A stretch of 62,427 nucleotides of DNA, taken from the NCBI RefSeq assembly GCF_001194135.2, contig NC_069005.1, forward strand, positions 23,339,323 through 23,401,749. Direction: 5' to 3'. Below the pieces are notes generated by a model, which saw only the letters and a list, made by a program, of their open reading frames with translations, was not told the origin of the DNA and did not search any database. The position numbers were made by a program, and so were the translations under genes. The DNA is from Octopus bimaculoides. Taxonomy: Eukaryota. Below are positions 13,605-27,039 of this stretch, in pieces (position 1 is the stretch's first letter; each line of letters starts with the position of its first letter).

Positions 13605-13690
13605 TCCAGAAAACATCAAACATCAAATTGCGAAATTTTTTGAAGAAAATCTAACAATAACAATCAACAACCACAAATATACTACCAACG
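13605..13690 (+). mobile_element. Possible Penelope-like RT micro-fragment
   Basis: ENIKHQIAKFFEENLTITINNHKYTTN resembles the PLE RT segment between YRDD and FLD (erikKkiikiFk.gL.Iti.Nlk.vnFLD); similarity judged by eye only. Confidence 0.35.
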
Positions 13691-13722
13691 TGTGTGTGTG
13701 TTTGTGTGTACACCCCATAACT

Positions 13723-13781
<59 letters not shown>

Positions 13782-14829
13782 NNNNNNNNNNNNNNNNNNN
13801 NNNNNNNNNNNNNNNNNNNNNNNNNNNNNNNNNNNNNNNNNNNNNNNNNNNNNNNNNNNNNNNNNNNNNNNNNNNNNNNNNNNNNNNNNNNNNNNNNNNN
13901 NNNNNNNNNNNNNNNNNNNNNNNNNNNNNNNNNNNNNNNNNNNNNNNNNNNNNNNNNNNNNNNNNNNNNNNNNNNNNNNNNNNNNNNNNNNNNNNNNNNN
14001 NNNNNNNNNNNNNNNNNNNNNNNNNNNNNNNNNNNNNNNNNNNNNNNNNNNNNNNNNNNNNNNNNNNNNNNNNNNNNNNNNNNNNNNNNNNNNNNNNNNN
14101 NNNNNNNNNNNNNNNNNNNNNNNNNNNNNNNNNNNNNNNNNNNNNNNNNNNNNNNNNNNNNNNNNNNNNNNNNNNNNNNNNNNNNNNNNNNNNNNNNNNN
14201 NNNNNNNNNNNNNNNNNNNNNNNNNNNNNNNNNNNNNNNNNNNNNNNNNNNNNNNNNNNNNNNNNNNNNNNNNNNNNNNNNNNNNNNNNNNNNNNNNNNN
14301 NNNNNNNNNNNNNNNNNNNNNNNNNNNNNNNNNNNNNNNNNNNNNNNNNNNNNNNNNNNNNNNNNNNNNNNNNNNNNNNNNNNNNNNNNNNNNNNNNNNN
14401 NNNNNNNNNNNNNNNNNNNNNNNNNNNNNNNNNNNNNNNNNNNNNNNNNNNNNNNNNNNNNNNNNNNNNNNNNNNNNNATATATATATATATACATATAT
14501 ATAAACCAAAAAGTTACGCTCCATCCCCGCTCGCCCCCGACCTTTGTGACTGCTACTGAACAAATACAGCTTGACCTACTTCAAAATTGATTCGTTTTGA
14601 GGGGTTTATACAACAAAGGAAATGCTGTAGCCATGTAGCCAAGCTTTCGAAGGGTGACAGGGGCAAATATATATATTTACATACATAGGTATATGTACGT
14701 CTGTAGATGTGCGTGTGTATAATGTAATATTTTTTGGACTAGTGAGTATATGTTAATTAGTATGTTGTAAAGCACGTTCACAGTTTGGGCTACCTGGGGT
14801 CCAATTAGTACTCTTTCTCTACACATATA

Positions 14830-14866
<37 letters not shown>

Positions 14867-14980
14867 ATACATATATATGTATATGCACATTCATATGTGG
14901 GCACAGGACACCACAGAATGTAAACAACATGAAACATGAAAACAACATAAAATACGAAATACAAAAATATGGAATACGAT

Positions 14981-16280
14981 AAAACCAAAATCCTAATAAG
15001 TAGGAAGGTAGATAAAACACAAATCCCTTCAGGTAGATGGCCCTGCTCAGTATGTAGAAAAGGAGTAGGTAGTAACTCTATAAGATGTACCNNNNNNNNN
15101 NNNNNNNNNNNNNNNNNNNNNNNNNNNNNNNNNNNNNNNNNNNNNNNNNNNNNNNNNNNNNNNNNNNNNNNNNNNNNNNNNNNNNNNNNNNNNNNNNNNN
15201 NNNNNNNNNNNNNNNNNNNNNNNNNNNNNNNNNNNNNNNNNNNNNNNNNNNNNNNNNNNNNNNNNNNNNNNNNNNNNNNNNNNNNNNNNNNNNNNNNNNN
15301 NNNNNNNNNNNNNNNNNNNNNNNNNNNNNNNNNNNNNNNNNNNNNNNNNNNNNNNNNNNNNNNNNNNNNNNNNNNNNNNNNNNNNNNNNNNNNNNNNNNN
15401 NNNNNNNNNNNNNNNNNNNNNNNNNNNNNNNNNNNNNNNNNNNNNNNNNNNNNNNNNNNNNNNNNNNNNNNNNNNNNNNNNNNNNNNNNNNNNNNNNNNN
15501 NNNNNNNNNNNNNNNNNNNNNNNNNNNNNNNNNNNNNNNNNNNNNNNNNNNNNNNNNNNNNNNNNNNNNNNNNNNNNNNNNNNNNNNNNNNNNNNNNNNN
15601 NNNNNNNNNNNNNNNNNNNNNNNNNNNNNNNNNNNNNNNNNNNNNNNNNNNNNNNNNNNNNNNNNNNNNNNNNNNNNNNNNNNNNNNNNNNNNNNNNNNN
15701 NNNNNNNNNNNNNNNNNNNNNNNNNNNNNNNNNNNNNNNNNNNNNNNNNNNNNNNNNNNNNNNNNNNNNNNNNNNNNNNNNNNNNNNNNNNNNNNNNNNN
15801 NNNNNNNNNNNNNNNNNNNNNNNNNNNNNNNNNNNNNNNNNNNNNNNNNNNNNNNNNNNNNNNNNNNNNNNNNNNNNNNNNNNNNNNNNNNNNNNNNNNN
15901 NNNNNNNNNNNNNNNNNNNNNNNNNNNNNNNNNNNNNNNNNNNNNNNNNNNNNNNNNNNNNNNNNNNNNNNNNNNNNNNNNNNNNNNNNNNNNNNNNNNN
16001 NNNNNNNNNNNNNNNNNNNNNNNNNNNNNNNNNTAAAAGACACCATTTCGAGCGTGGCCGTTGCCAGTATCGCCTGACTGGCCTTCGTGCAGGTGACACG
16101 TAAAAGCACCTACTACACTCTCTGAGTGGTTGGCGTTAGGAAGGACATCCAGCTGTAGAAACTCTACCAAATTTAGATTGGAGCCTGGTGTTGCCATCCG
16201 GTTTCACCAGTCCTCAGTCAAATCGTCCAACCCATGCTAGCATGGAAAGCGGATGTTAAACGATGATGATGATGATGATG
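14981..16280 (+). mobile_element. 5'-truncated LINE (RTE-type), ORF2 C-terminal region plus 3' UTR and (GAT)n tail, interrupted by a gap
   Basis: KTKILISRKVDKTQIPSGRWPCSVCRKGVGSNSIRCT is the post-RT KTK...PCxxCxKGVGxNSIxC motif; after the gap the tail matches family D and ends in (GAT)n. Linkage across the gap is inferred. Confidence 0.75.
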
Positions 16281-16859
16281 AAAACACTATAGTGTTTCCA
16301 CTATTATCACAAGATTAATTGATTTGAATGCTGTTAAGCAGTCACAATCCACTCTAGTCGAGAAGGCAAAACCCAGAATGACTAAGAACTGGACAAATTA
16401 TAGCAGTGGTCAGCCTAGAAAGTAACAAACAGACCAACAATATATATGGGACAATAATGCCATTGGGTTACAAGAGTATGATGGTTCAGCATCCATTGTA
16501 CATAACACCTGACTATTGCCGTGTGAGCGTGTATGTTGTGTGATTAATAAGATTTATGCAATGCTTTAACTAGGTATGTGACAACGATTGCATTAACTAG
16601 TATATTATAGTTTTAACATTTCGAGTTACATACATCAACCCATAGTTAAACATTTTAAAATTAACCTGGAGATTCAATTACACACAATGTCTGCTAATGC
16701 AATGATATTTAGAAATAACAATTAGTAGTTTCTAATTGAAGAGTTATTTAATTATTTGTTTGCTATGAGTGAAGGAAATGGTGAAAAGCCAAAGGCCTCT
16801 CCAGCTATCCCCACTCACCTACCCACTCTCATACACCTCCCCAAGACTGGAAGAGCTTG

Positions 16860-18480
16860 ATTCCATTAACATTCCATTTAAACGGTTATAAGTCAAGAGC
16901 AGCAGGACAAACGTGCATGGGAGGAATTCCAGAGGGACAGAGTTCTGGGAAAGAAGGAATCGGTGTTGATTTTAATGTATGACTGGAATAGGAGAAGTGA
17001 GAGCAATATGAGAAATGAGAAGAGGAGAGCCAAGCAAAAAAAGAAAAAAAAAAAAAAGCCCAGAGCAGCCAGTTTTAATAAAACAAGTTGCATGCCAGAC
17101 ATTGTCGATAGTATGGCTGATATTCTGTGTAACAACACTGCTTACACTGAAAGTCAAGTGTCATACAAGAGGAGGTCTTATATGGACCTGGGTTATGAGA
17201 ACTATACTGGTAGTCATCAAGGAAAGAGAGAGATACAAGTTGTTCGATAAGACACTCGTTAGTGGCTGTCTGTATCATCTTTGGGGTACAATTAGGGAGT
17301 GCAATACTGTGTAGTTGGTAGTATCAATAACTATGTAAAGAGGGGGTTCTTTGTCAACATGGGACATGCCATAGGGTACTTCCAAAGGTCACTGTCTCAC
17401 AAGAGAGCGGGCTTAAAAGACTTCAGTGAGAGTAAAGGCTAGCTCAGATACATTCTTTGAGGGTAACAGGTAGCACTGGATTGACTATTACCCAAAAGAA
17501 GCACACGCTTAGGACATCAAAAGAAGTGGAGGGCGCCATGGAAATGGTAAATGGTTTACAGCACAGAAGGAATCACTTTAAACTTGCTAAAAGAATATTT
17601 GAAGCAGATTATATAATCAGAAATATAATTTGAAATGTTCATGGTGCCATAGTGAGGATCTCATCAAAGAGTTTGCTATTAAAAAATATAGAAAAAAGCT
17701 TTTCAAATATAAAGACATAGAAGTAAACAAAAATAAACATTATTTTCCATCTTATTATTAGTTTTGTTTCATTTTGAAAAATAGGCATTTAATGCATGGT
17801 TTGTTATTGTTTATTTCGAATTACATATATATGTGGNNNNNNNNNNGCTTAGGGTTTCTATGAGTCTTAATCTAGTCCTGGTAATGGGATATGGTCAGGG
17901 CTGATGGTTTTGTTGGTTTGAAGCAATGAGGAATACTTTATGTATGTGTACGTGATGGTTACCATGGTGGAATGAAAAGATTAGTTTTAGTGTGGAGTCA
18001 GATGCCAAATGAGTAGAAAATGTTTGAGAAGGGGTGGGGGTGGGAGGGTCGTGGCAGAATCAGATAAGTCGCTAGTGATCCTTTCCACAAGAGCTCAAAA
18101 AGGGATCAGTTGCTGTATGGGAGGCAGCTGGCAGGCTGTATAATGTAAAGGGGGCATCCATCACAGTTCAAATGATGGATTTTGTAGAAAGTTGGAGTGC
18201 TGGGTGTGGAAGCATTCCTTTTGTATGGATTGTTTATTTACTCCAAGTGTTCTAGAAGCTACGAGTGAACTATGTAGGAGACTAGGTAGTGGGGGGTTTC
18301 TTTTCCGCTGTGTATGGGTTATGAAGAGAGTTGAGTTCAGCCACCTGCAAAGCTTATCTAAGGAGTTAGGAGTGCTGACAGGGTTAATGAGCATAAAAAT
18401 GGTGGGGCTCCTGCCAACCAGCTAACTCAAAACACTGTAGTGTTTGGGGGATAGAGAGGGCATTGTAAGCACATTGGTAT
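16860..18480 (-). mobile_element. Degraded CR1/Jockey-group LINE ORF2 with internal deletion and insertion
   Basis: Colinear remnants on minus: LQTNKTISPDHIP (~Ka.GPDgIP), FLDDYQYS (~LsD.QYGF), NISHTIDNVWH (~DISKAFD.VWH), TDSFFPRTLSLWNS (C-terminal nSFFPRT..LWN); many stops. Confidence 0.65.
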
Positions 18481-19581
18481 ATATACATCATCATCAGTTA
18501 TATAAAGATGCAGAAACACAGACGCATCTCTCTTTCTCTCTCTCTACACACACACACATTCTCACAGATACCAAACTTTCTTTAAAATAAAAGAATTTAT
18601 AATCACAGAAACACTGTCAAACAAACATCATCACCATCATATACACTATCAGTTGTGTCCAGAAATAATGCAGTTAATTCTGGTACAAACTTTGGTAAAC
18701 AGGCAACAATTTGTTGATTTTGTTTTCTCTTACCTCAGTCCCAATTTGTCACTTCATGTCTTGCAGACAATAACAACCGCAATAAAAATAAGATTTGATG
18801 ACGATGGTGGCAATGGTAGTGGGAAGAGGGGGAAAGTGAGAGCAAGCAGCTACAGTAACAGTCAATGTCTGGCAAGTTAAGATAAATAATCATCTTAGAT
18901 AAATAATTATGTTAGATAAATAATTAATACAACTTGCACAAACTAGTTTATCATATTTAAATATAATAAGCATGTTTGGGCATAAAATCTAGATTTCAGT
19001 ATGTGTAATCAGATATTTGTAGTTGTTGTGATAGAGGTTAGTGGAAAGGTTGGAGGAGCAGCGACATCACTAATGACCTTTGCAGGTCCCTTTTACAAAC
19101 GAAAATGATGTGGCTGATGTTCAGTCTGACCTGAAGGACTTACAAAGGCCAGGGACTTAACCTTTCCTTTGGATCAAACTAATTTGAAAACAAAAAACAA
19201 AAAAAAAACAAAACAAAAAAAGGGTTATATGCAAGAAAGAAAAATGTGGACATTGAAGGAACTAGCGTGAATATGTCAGCAACAGAGTTCTGCTACAGCT
19301 ACCAAAAAAGCATGGGGTGGTGGTGGTGTTTGATTCAGATCAATATAGCTAAACTAGCAGTGACCTTGATTGAACCAACATGGAAGCCACAGGACAATGG
19401 AGATAATGTTATGTAGACCTGCTAGAAATAACAAATAAATACAGCAGCCACATGTCCCTCGAGTCACAACTTACAGTCTTAAATAAAGAATAAATACCTT
19501 GGCCAGTACAGTTTCTGACCCCACCCCCACCAAAAGAAAAACCACAGGTAGTTGTAGAGCCAAAACACCTTTAATCATATC

Positions 19582-19925
19582 GAAGGTGTATGTTTCAGTG
19601 GTTAGAGCATTGGGCTCACAATCATGAGGTAGTGAGTTCGATTCCCAGACTGGACTGTGTGTCGTGTTCTTGAGCAAGACACTTTATTTCACATTGCTCC
19701 AGTTCACTCAGCAGCAGAAATGAGTTGCGACATCACTGGTTCCAAGCTGTATCGGCCCCTTTGCCTTTGCCTTGGATAACATCCGTGGTGTGGAGAGGGA
19801 AGGCTGGCATGCATGGGTGACTGCTAGTCTTCCATAAACAACCTTGTCTGGACTTGTGCCTTGGAGGGTAACTTTCTAAGTGCAATCCCAAGGTCATTCA
19901 TGAACAAAGGAGGTCTTTACTCTTT
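19582..19925 (+). mobile_element. SINE family C, full length, tail variant 1
   Basis: A-box CAGTGGTTAGAGC, B-box GAGTTCGATTCCC, core TTCTTGAGCAAGACACTTT; matches 58114. Confidence 0.9.
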
Positions 19926-19964
19926 AATCAAAGCTACCCTATGATTAAATAATGGTTTCAAAAT

Positions 19965-20168
19965 TTTGGAACATGGCCAGCAGTTTTTGAGGGGAGGGAA
20001 AGTTGATTACATTAACCCCTGTACTTTGACTGATACTTATTTTATCAACCCCAAAAGGATGAAAGACAAAGTCGACCGCTGTGGAATTTGAACACAGAAC
20101 ATTAACACAAACAAAATGTTGTTAAGCACTTTCTCCAGCATGGTAATGGTTCTGCCAGCTCATCACTT
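19965..20168 (-). mobile_element. SINE family B (central GCCTTTCATCCTTTCGGGGTCGATAAA domain, Nin/Deu-domain-like)
   Basis: Matches 24025 and 59014; the domain name is from memory. Confidence 0.85.
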
Positions 20169-21414
20169 TAACCTATGATTAAATAATAACAACAACCAAA
20201 GAAAGATAAACCATATGGGTCTTTAAAATCTCAAGTTTTAATCTAGAAAATAAAGAAGACCCTGACAAGTGGTGTAAACCCTTATAGGTCATCGAAGATA
20301 TAATTACAGTGTCAGGAAAATGATAATTCTAATTAATTAATATTTTGGCTATTATCAGTTTTGTTAAATTTCAGTTAACACAGACCATATGGAATTTATT
20401 AAGGAAAAAGAAATTACAGTAATGCCCGAAAAAAAAAGCAGGGGGAGGGGGCATTCACATTAATATCATTACAATAAATTCTCAGAAAAAAAAAAAAGTC
20501 AAAATCTTTTTATACCACTGGTGTTGATTTAATTGAAATGGTGGGGGTATGTGGAGGAAGTAAGGTAGGTGAGGGGTAACTGCTATGGTGCATGGACACA
20601 CCAAGTAATGATTTAGAGTTCTTGCCAAAATCAATAACCCTCTATTCAATCAAGCCTTTTTGCTAAGTCCACACACGAAATGTTACCTTTGGCGTTGTTA
20701 TTCAGCAACTTATATAATAAAAGACCATCAAAATTTAGTTAATACAATCATTTCATGTATGCCAACAGACACAACATTTGAACATTTGCCTTGTATTTTC
20801 CTCACACAACTCTCCATCTTCTCACAAGGTTTTGTAAAGCTAGTATTTGCCAAGAAATTAGGCCTAAACCCCAAACCACTGAAACCTTATCAATTAAGTC
20901 CTTGATTAAATGTTGCTCTCATTTCTATAATTATAAATAAAAAAAAGTAAATAAAATGAAAGAGTTATTATTAAATTAGCAAAAATTAATCAGAATTTTG
21001 ATTAGATATATTTGATGAAATGTTATTGCAAATGGTATATTCTCCAGGCATCTTCAGGTGCCTTCTATTTAGATTTAAGATGAATGACTTGGACGATTTG
21101 AAGTTTTGAAAACTGAACAAATGTTTGCATGTTCAAGCCCCATTGAAGGAAATGTAAAAATATTTTTTCTGACTTTTTTCTATACAAATATTTCTTCCAC
21201 TTTGTGCAGGACCAATTTGTTTTATTGATCAGACTGAAATATTGCTCCAATTGATAGGTCATTCTAACATCAGAAGTCATTAGCATTAGCAAGATCCTTA
21301 GGGATATGTTTCTCACAGTGAGAATGCTGGTGATAGGAAACAGAATCTGAGCTCAAACACAAAGAGCTGGAATAGATACTGCCAAGCGTATTATCTAAAG
21401 CTTTTATAATCTCA

Positions 21415-21790
21415 CCAATCCACCACTCTGCTAGACTTTATCAACCATGAAAGAATGAAAGGCAAAGTTGATCTCTGTGAAATTTGAACCCAGTATGCAG
21501 AAAGCTGCAACAAATAATACAAAGCAGTTTAACAACTCAGCCCATTGGCTGACAGACAGTAATTGCTTCAAATTTTGACACACAGCCAGCAATTTTAGTG
21601 GGAGGGATAAAGTCAATCACATCAACCCCAGTACTTCACTGGTACTTCATTTTATCAACTCTAAAAGGATAAAAGGGAAAGTTGACCTTGGCAGGAGTTG
21701 AATTCAGAACATAAGAGTCAGAATAGATATCACTAAGGATTATGTCCAATGTGGTAATGGTTCTACCAACTGACTACCTCTGACACTCAA
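21415..21790 (-). mobile_element. Two adjacent SINE family B copies
   Basis: GAAAGGCAAAGTTGA...GAATTTGAAC motif present twice. Confidence 0.75.
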
Positions 21791-22324
21791 ACAATAATTT
21801 AACAACTGAAACCGAGAGTAGATTATAAAAAAAAAAAAACACCCTTCATGATTCAACAGTGAGTAGTTCTGTTGTTTAATAAACTGAAGTACTGACTCAT
21901 TGACTGTAACGTAAGTGGTCGAGTATTCCACAAATACTCCTCATGCAGAATCAGTACAATAGTGAAACAAGGGTCACCACTTGAAATGTTGATGAAGTCT
22001 ACATGAGGATTCCAAACACTTGAACCTTTAACAGAACTCTCAGGCAGAATTAGTGACAGCAGTATACAAAAGATGGGGCTTTCAGATCACAGATACCACA
22101 CTTTCTGTCAATTCTATTTCACTTGCAGTTTCTTGAATCAACACAAATCCAAGGTAAAAGGCACTACTTACCCAAATTGCTGCATACTAAGTTCAAACCC
22201 CAGGACTTTTTGATTATAAAGTGAACTTCTTAACCTCACAGAAAGCACCCATACAACTAAAGTTTTCATACAATCACTTGACTAGCTGGAAATAGCAACC
22301 AAATCTTCAAATCACACCAGACTA

Positions 22325-22560
22325 GTCCATCATCATCACTTAACATCCATCTTCCATGATGGCATGGGTTGAACAGTTTAAGTGGAGCTGGTAAAGCCAG
22401 GGGCTGCACCAGGCTTCATTGTTTATTCTGACAGGGTTTCTAGAGCCGGATGCCCTACCTAATGCCAACCACTCCACAAAGTGTACTGGGTGCTTTTTAC
22501 ATGGCACCAGCACCAGTACTTTTAGTATGATACTGGCACTAGTACTTTTTTACGCGGCAC
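22325..22560 (-). mobile_element. Family D retroposon (RTE-tail-related), older copy
   Basis: CTTCCATGATGGCATGGGTTG...GGATGCCCTACCTAATGCCAACCAC. Confidence 0.75.
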
Positions 22561-23321
22561 CAGCATCAGTATCAATTCTGCTATGGCAGATAGGTCTTCT
22601 TGACCACAGCAATGCACCAGATATCTCGGTCATTAGTCATCTCCTTCGTAAGGCTCAGTGTCTTGAAAATGGTTACATCCAAAAACACTCACAGTCACAA
22701 ATCTGTTGGATCAGGGTGCCATGCAATAGTATTAAACCTGATGCCACATGGTTGCAAAGCAAGCTCTTTAACCACACAGCAATACCTTATACCTATGGTA
22801 ACTGATGATAAATGGATACTCAGCCGTTTGAAACATTGCATTTTAGTTAAAACAAAGACAAAACATCAGGTTGAACAGTCTAGAGAATATCTTACATCAG
22901 CACTAAAACATTTTTTGTACAGTCTTGTTACTGTTTGTTAAAAGAAAACTCATTGATTTTAATTAGAAATTTGTTTTTATTTTTATTGGAATAAACCATG
23001 GTGAATTGGCCTTTTGTTGTTGTTTTTCCTATTTCATTGAATTTAGTTCCATGTCTAATTTTTTGTGTGTAATTAGCTTGTGGTCAACTTTTGATGAAAT
23101 TAGCTCATGTTCACTTTTTCTATGAAAATCGCTTTGTTTGTATAGAATAACAGCTGAACAGCTAAACTTAATAATAATAATAATAATTGTTTCTAATAAT
23201 ACAGGCACACAGTCACAAATTAGGTGGTGAGGTAGGAATGCTTGATTATATTGATTGGGGGGGNNNNNNNNNNNNNNNNNNNNNNNNNNNNNNNNTTGAA
23301 TTCTGAATAATGTAAATAGTC

Positions 23322-23376
<55 letters not shown>

Positions 23377-23380
23377 CATC

Positions 23381-23889
23381 CTTTCAACTATAGACACATG
23401 GCCTAAAATTTTGGGAAAGGGAGCCAGTTGATTACATCAGTCCCAATGCTCAACTGGTAATTGACCCTGAATGGATGAAAGAAAGGCAAAGTTGTCCCTG
23501 GCAAGATTTGACCTCAGAACGCAAAGAGCTGGAAGAAATACCAGTAAACATTTTGTTTGACACCTAAGTAGTTCTACTTCTCACTACCTTACTAATAATA
23601 ATAATAATAATAATGCTTTTTAAAGCATTATTTAATTTTATTAATGAAATATATAAAGCCTTGAGTAATACAATAATGGTTTCAAATTTTGGCACAAGGT
23701 CGACATGTTCAGGGGAGGGGGTAAGTCAATACATCGATCCCCAGTACTCAACTGGTACTTATTTTATCGACCCCGAAAGGATGAAATGCAAAATTGACAT
23801 CAGTGGAATTTAAACTTGGAAAGTAAAGATAGACAAAATGCAGCTAAACATTTTGCCTTGTATGCCAACAATTTTGCCAGCTCACCGCC

Positions 23890-23923
<34 letters not shown>

Positions 23924-24240
23924 TAACAATAATAATAAATAATACTTTCTTAATATAGAAAGCATTTTTACTTTTATTAATGAAAATATAAAGTCATGAA
24001 AAATAACAATAACATTTATTATTATTTCTACTCTAGGCACAAGGCCTTGAAAATTTTTGGTGGGGAAGGAGACCAGTCAATTAGATCGACCCTAGTATGC
24101 CACTGGTACTTAATTTATCGACCCCAAAAGGATGAAAGGCAAAGTTGACCTCGGCGGAATTTGAACTCAGGACATAAAGACAGATGAAATATCGCTAAGC
24201 ATTTCGCCCAGCACGCTAACGATTCTGCCAGCTTGCCACC

Positions 24241-24300
<60 letters not shown>

Positions 24301-24585
24301 CTTTCTTAATAAGTAAGCATTATTATTTTTATTTTATTAATGAAATATAAAGTCATAAGAAATAACAATAATAATAATGAGAATAACGTTTACTATTGAG
24401 GCACAATGCCATCAAATTTGAGAGGTGTGCAAGCAGTCCATACCAATGATCCCAGTTCTTCACTGGTACTTTATTTTATCAACCCCAGAGGGATGAAAGG
24501 TGAATTTGGCTGCAGCATGGTTTCAACCGCGACCTTAAAGGGTCAGAAGGAATACTGCAGGGCATTTTGTCAAACGTCTTGGCAA
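23381..24585 (-). mobile_element. Head-to-tail array of four SINE family B copies (23381-23590, 23678-23891, 24025-24242, 24389-24585) separated by (AAT)n and AT-rich spacers
   Basis: Four copies of the B core in the same orientation. Confidence 0.85.
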
Positions 24586-25694
24586 GGTCAAGATTCTCAT
24601 TAAATATGAACCCTTCATTTGTTATGTCTGTACATAGCTCAGATAAGAAGCTTGCAGTCATGGATGTGTTCGTATTGAAGTGGTTAAATAGAACAAAAAA
24701 CAGAAAAAGCAGATATCTGCAATTCTTTCTGTTTAGTAAAAAGCCAGTTGTAGGAAGGCTTCTATGCAGAAAGCATAGCCACCAGACATAGTAACCTAAA
24801 ATGAAAAGGACATTTGGCTTATGAAGGACAGCTGTTTGTTCAACAACAACTACTACTACTACTACTCTCGTATTAATACAACTTTTTTAGGGTCAATGAA
24901 GATTTGCATTTCATTAAAAGAAATGGAGAAAAAAGAAATAAAAAAAACACATAAAGGAATCAATGTCTGCTACCACCATTACCCACACTCCGTTTGTTGC
25001 TGATAAATAATTAATTATCAACCCTAGAAGCTATATGTTGTCATAGCAACAAATCTGAAAGATAAACAGACTTAAATATAACATACCAAGAATAAGGAGA
25101 GTGAAGGAGGAGAGAGAGAGAGAGAGAGACAAGCAGCAACCACACACTTTAAAGAACTTTTAGTGTTAGCGATACTAAGTCAACACTAATTACAATGCAA
25201 GAGATTATATATAGTACACACTAGAGTACTGTTTGGTAGAGCAGCAGCAATACAGCTTAGAGTACAGTATAGAACTGGTTGGTAGTATAGCAGTAGCAAA
25301 GCTTTATCAGTACACTACTCTACTAGCTATGATATAGTACAGATTAGCAGTAATACAGCAAGATAGTACAGTATGGGAGTGACTGGTCATCGACTATGTC
25401 AACAATAATATCAATACAAAAGCTGATTATTAGATTAAATTGCAGAGTACAACACTTCATATATGAACATATATTATATATGCATAGATAACATTGCTAT
25501 ACACATAGCCGTATGCTACATACACAGACAATATATACATAGTCATAGACAACACTCTATAGATATATAGCCACACTCATTGACAATACAAATAGATATG
25601 CCAAATTAGAACTGCTTTTTAAAGAAACAGTTTTTAATAAATAGAAACTACAGTTACTTCAGTGTTTCCAGTCTTCTTCTAATTATTATTAATA

Positions 25695-26060
25695 TGACAG
25701 TGAGTTGGCAGAACCAGTAGCACACCTGGCGAAATAATGCTTAGTGGCATTTCATCTGTCTTTATGTTCTGAGTTCAAATTCTGCCGCAGTTGACTTTGC
25801 CTTTCATCCATTCGGGGTCAATAATTAAGTACCAGTTATGCACTGGAGTCAATATAATTGACTAGCCCCCTCCCCCAAAATTACAGGCCTTGTGCCTATA
25901 GTAGAAAGGATTATCATTATTATTATTATTATTATCATCATCATTAATAATAATAATAAGGTGACAAGCTGGGCAAAATGCTAAGCAGCATTTCATCCTC
26001 CATTACATTCTGAATTCAAATTTTGCAGGGGTCGACTTTGCTTTTCAGCCATTTGGGGAT
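25695..26060 (+). mobile_element. Two SINE family B copies (25695-25912; 25958-26060, cut by the gap)
   Basis: TTCTGAGTTCAAATTCTGCC..GACTTTGCCTTTCATCC. Confidence 0.85.
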
Positions 26061-27039
26061 NNNNNNNNNNNNNNNNNNNNNNNNNNNNNNNNNNNNNNNN
26101 NNNNNNNNNNNNNNNNNNNNNNNNNNNNNNNNNNNNNNNNNNNNNNNNNNNNNNNNNNNNNNNNNNNNNNNNNNNNNNNNNNNNNNNNNNNNNNNNNNNN
26201 NNNNNNNNNNNNNNNNNNNNNNNNNNNNNNNNNNNNNNNNNNNNNNNNNNNNNNNNNNNNNNNNNNNNNNNNNNNNNNNNNNNNNNNNNNNNNNNNNNNN
26301 NNNNNNNNNNNNNNNNNNNNNNNNNNNNNNNNNNNNNNNNNNNNNNNNNNNNNNNNNNNNNNNNNNNNNNNNNNNNNNNNNNNNNNNNNNNNNNNNNNNN
26401 NNNNNNNNNNNNNNNNNNNNNNNNNNNNNNNNNNNNNNNNNNNNNNNNNNNNNNNNNNNNNNNNNNNNNNNNNNNNNNNNNNNNNNNNNNNNNNNNNNNN
26501 NNNNNNNNNNNNNNNNNNNNNNNNNNNNNNNNNNNNNNNNNNNNNNNNNNNNNNNNNNNNNNNNNNNNNNNNNNNNNNNNNNNNNNNNNNNNNNNNNNNN
26601 NNNNNNNNNNNNNNNNNNNNNNNNNNNNNNNNNNNNNNNNNNNNNNNNNNNNNNNNNNNNNNNNNNNNNNNNNNNNNNNNNNNNNNNNNNNNNNNNNNNN
26701 NNNNNNNNNNNNNNNNNNNNNNNNNNNNNNNNNNNNNNNNNNNNNNNNNNNNNNNNNNNNNNNNNNNNNNNNNNNNNNNNNNNNNNNNNNNNNNNNNNNN
26801 NNNNNNNNNNNNNNNNNNNNNNNNNNNNNNNNNNNNNNNNNNNNNNNNNNNNNNNNNNNNNNNNNNNNNNNNNNNNNTGACTATCAGATGAAAATATACT
26901 GTTACTATCGCTGCTAACAAAGATCGGCTCTCAGGTTGGAAGACACCCTCTTCTCTTCTGCCCAACAGTCCCAGACACCCAATAAAGGGGCATCAGTACT
27001 GCTCCCACCTTCTAAATGAAAAGTTAGAAAAAAATTACT

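Noticed and set aside
18732-18868. Minus-strand segment with a good donor (GAG|GTAAGA) and plausible acceptor
   Set aside because: All three frames contain stops; a non-coding exon cannot be supported without RNA data.
21060-21330. 83-aa minus ORF and a transposase-like look in other frames
   Set aside because: No motif I can name; the other frames have multiple stops.
22802-22838. CTGATGA-T-AAATGG-N8-CCGTTT-GAAAC hammerhead-like string
   Set aside because: Core and stem II fit, but no stem I partner or clear NUH site follows; may be chance or a very old relic.
24479-24796. Strong minus acceptor TCCTTTTCATTTTAG followed by an open frame (GYYVWWLC...)
   Set aside because: No donor, no recognisable homology, and the frame runs into a SINE.
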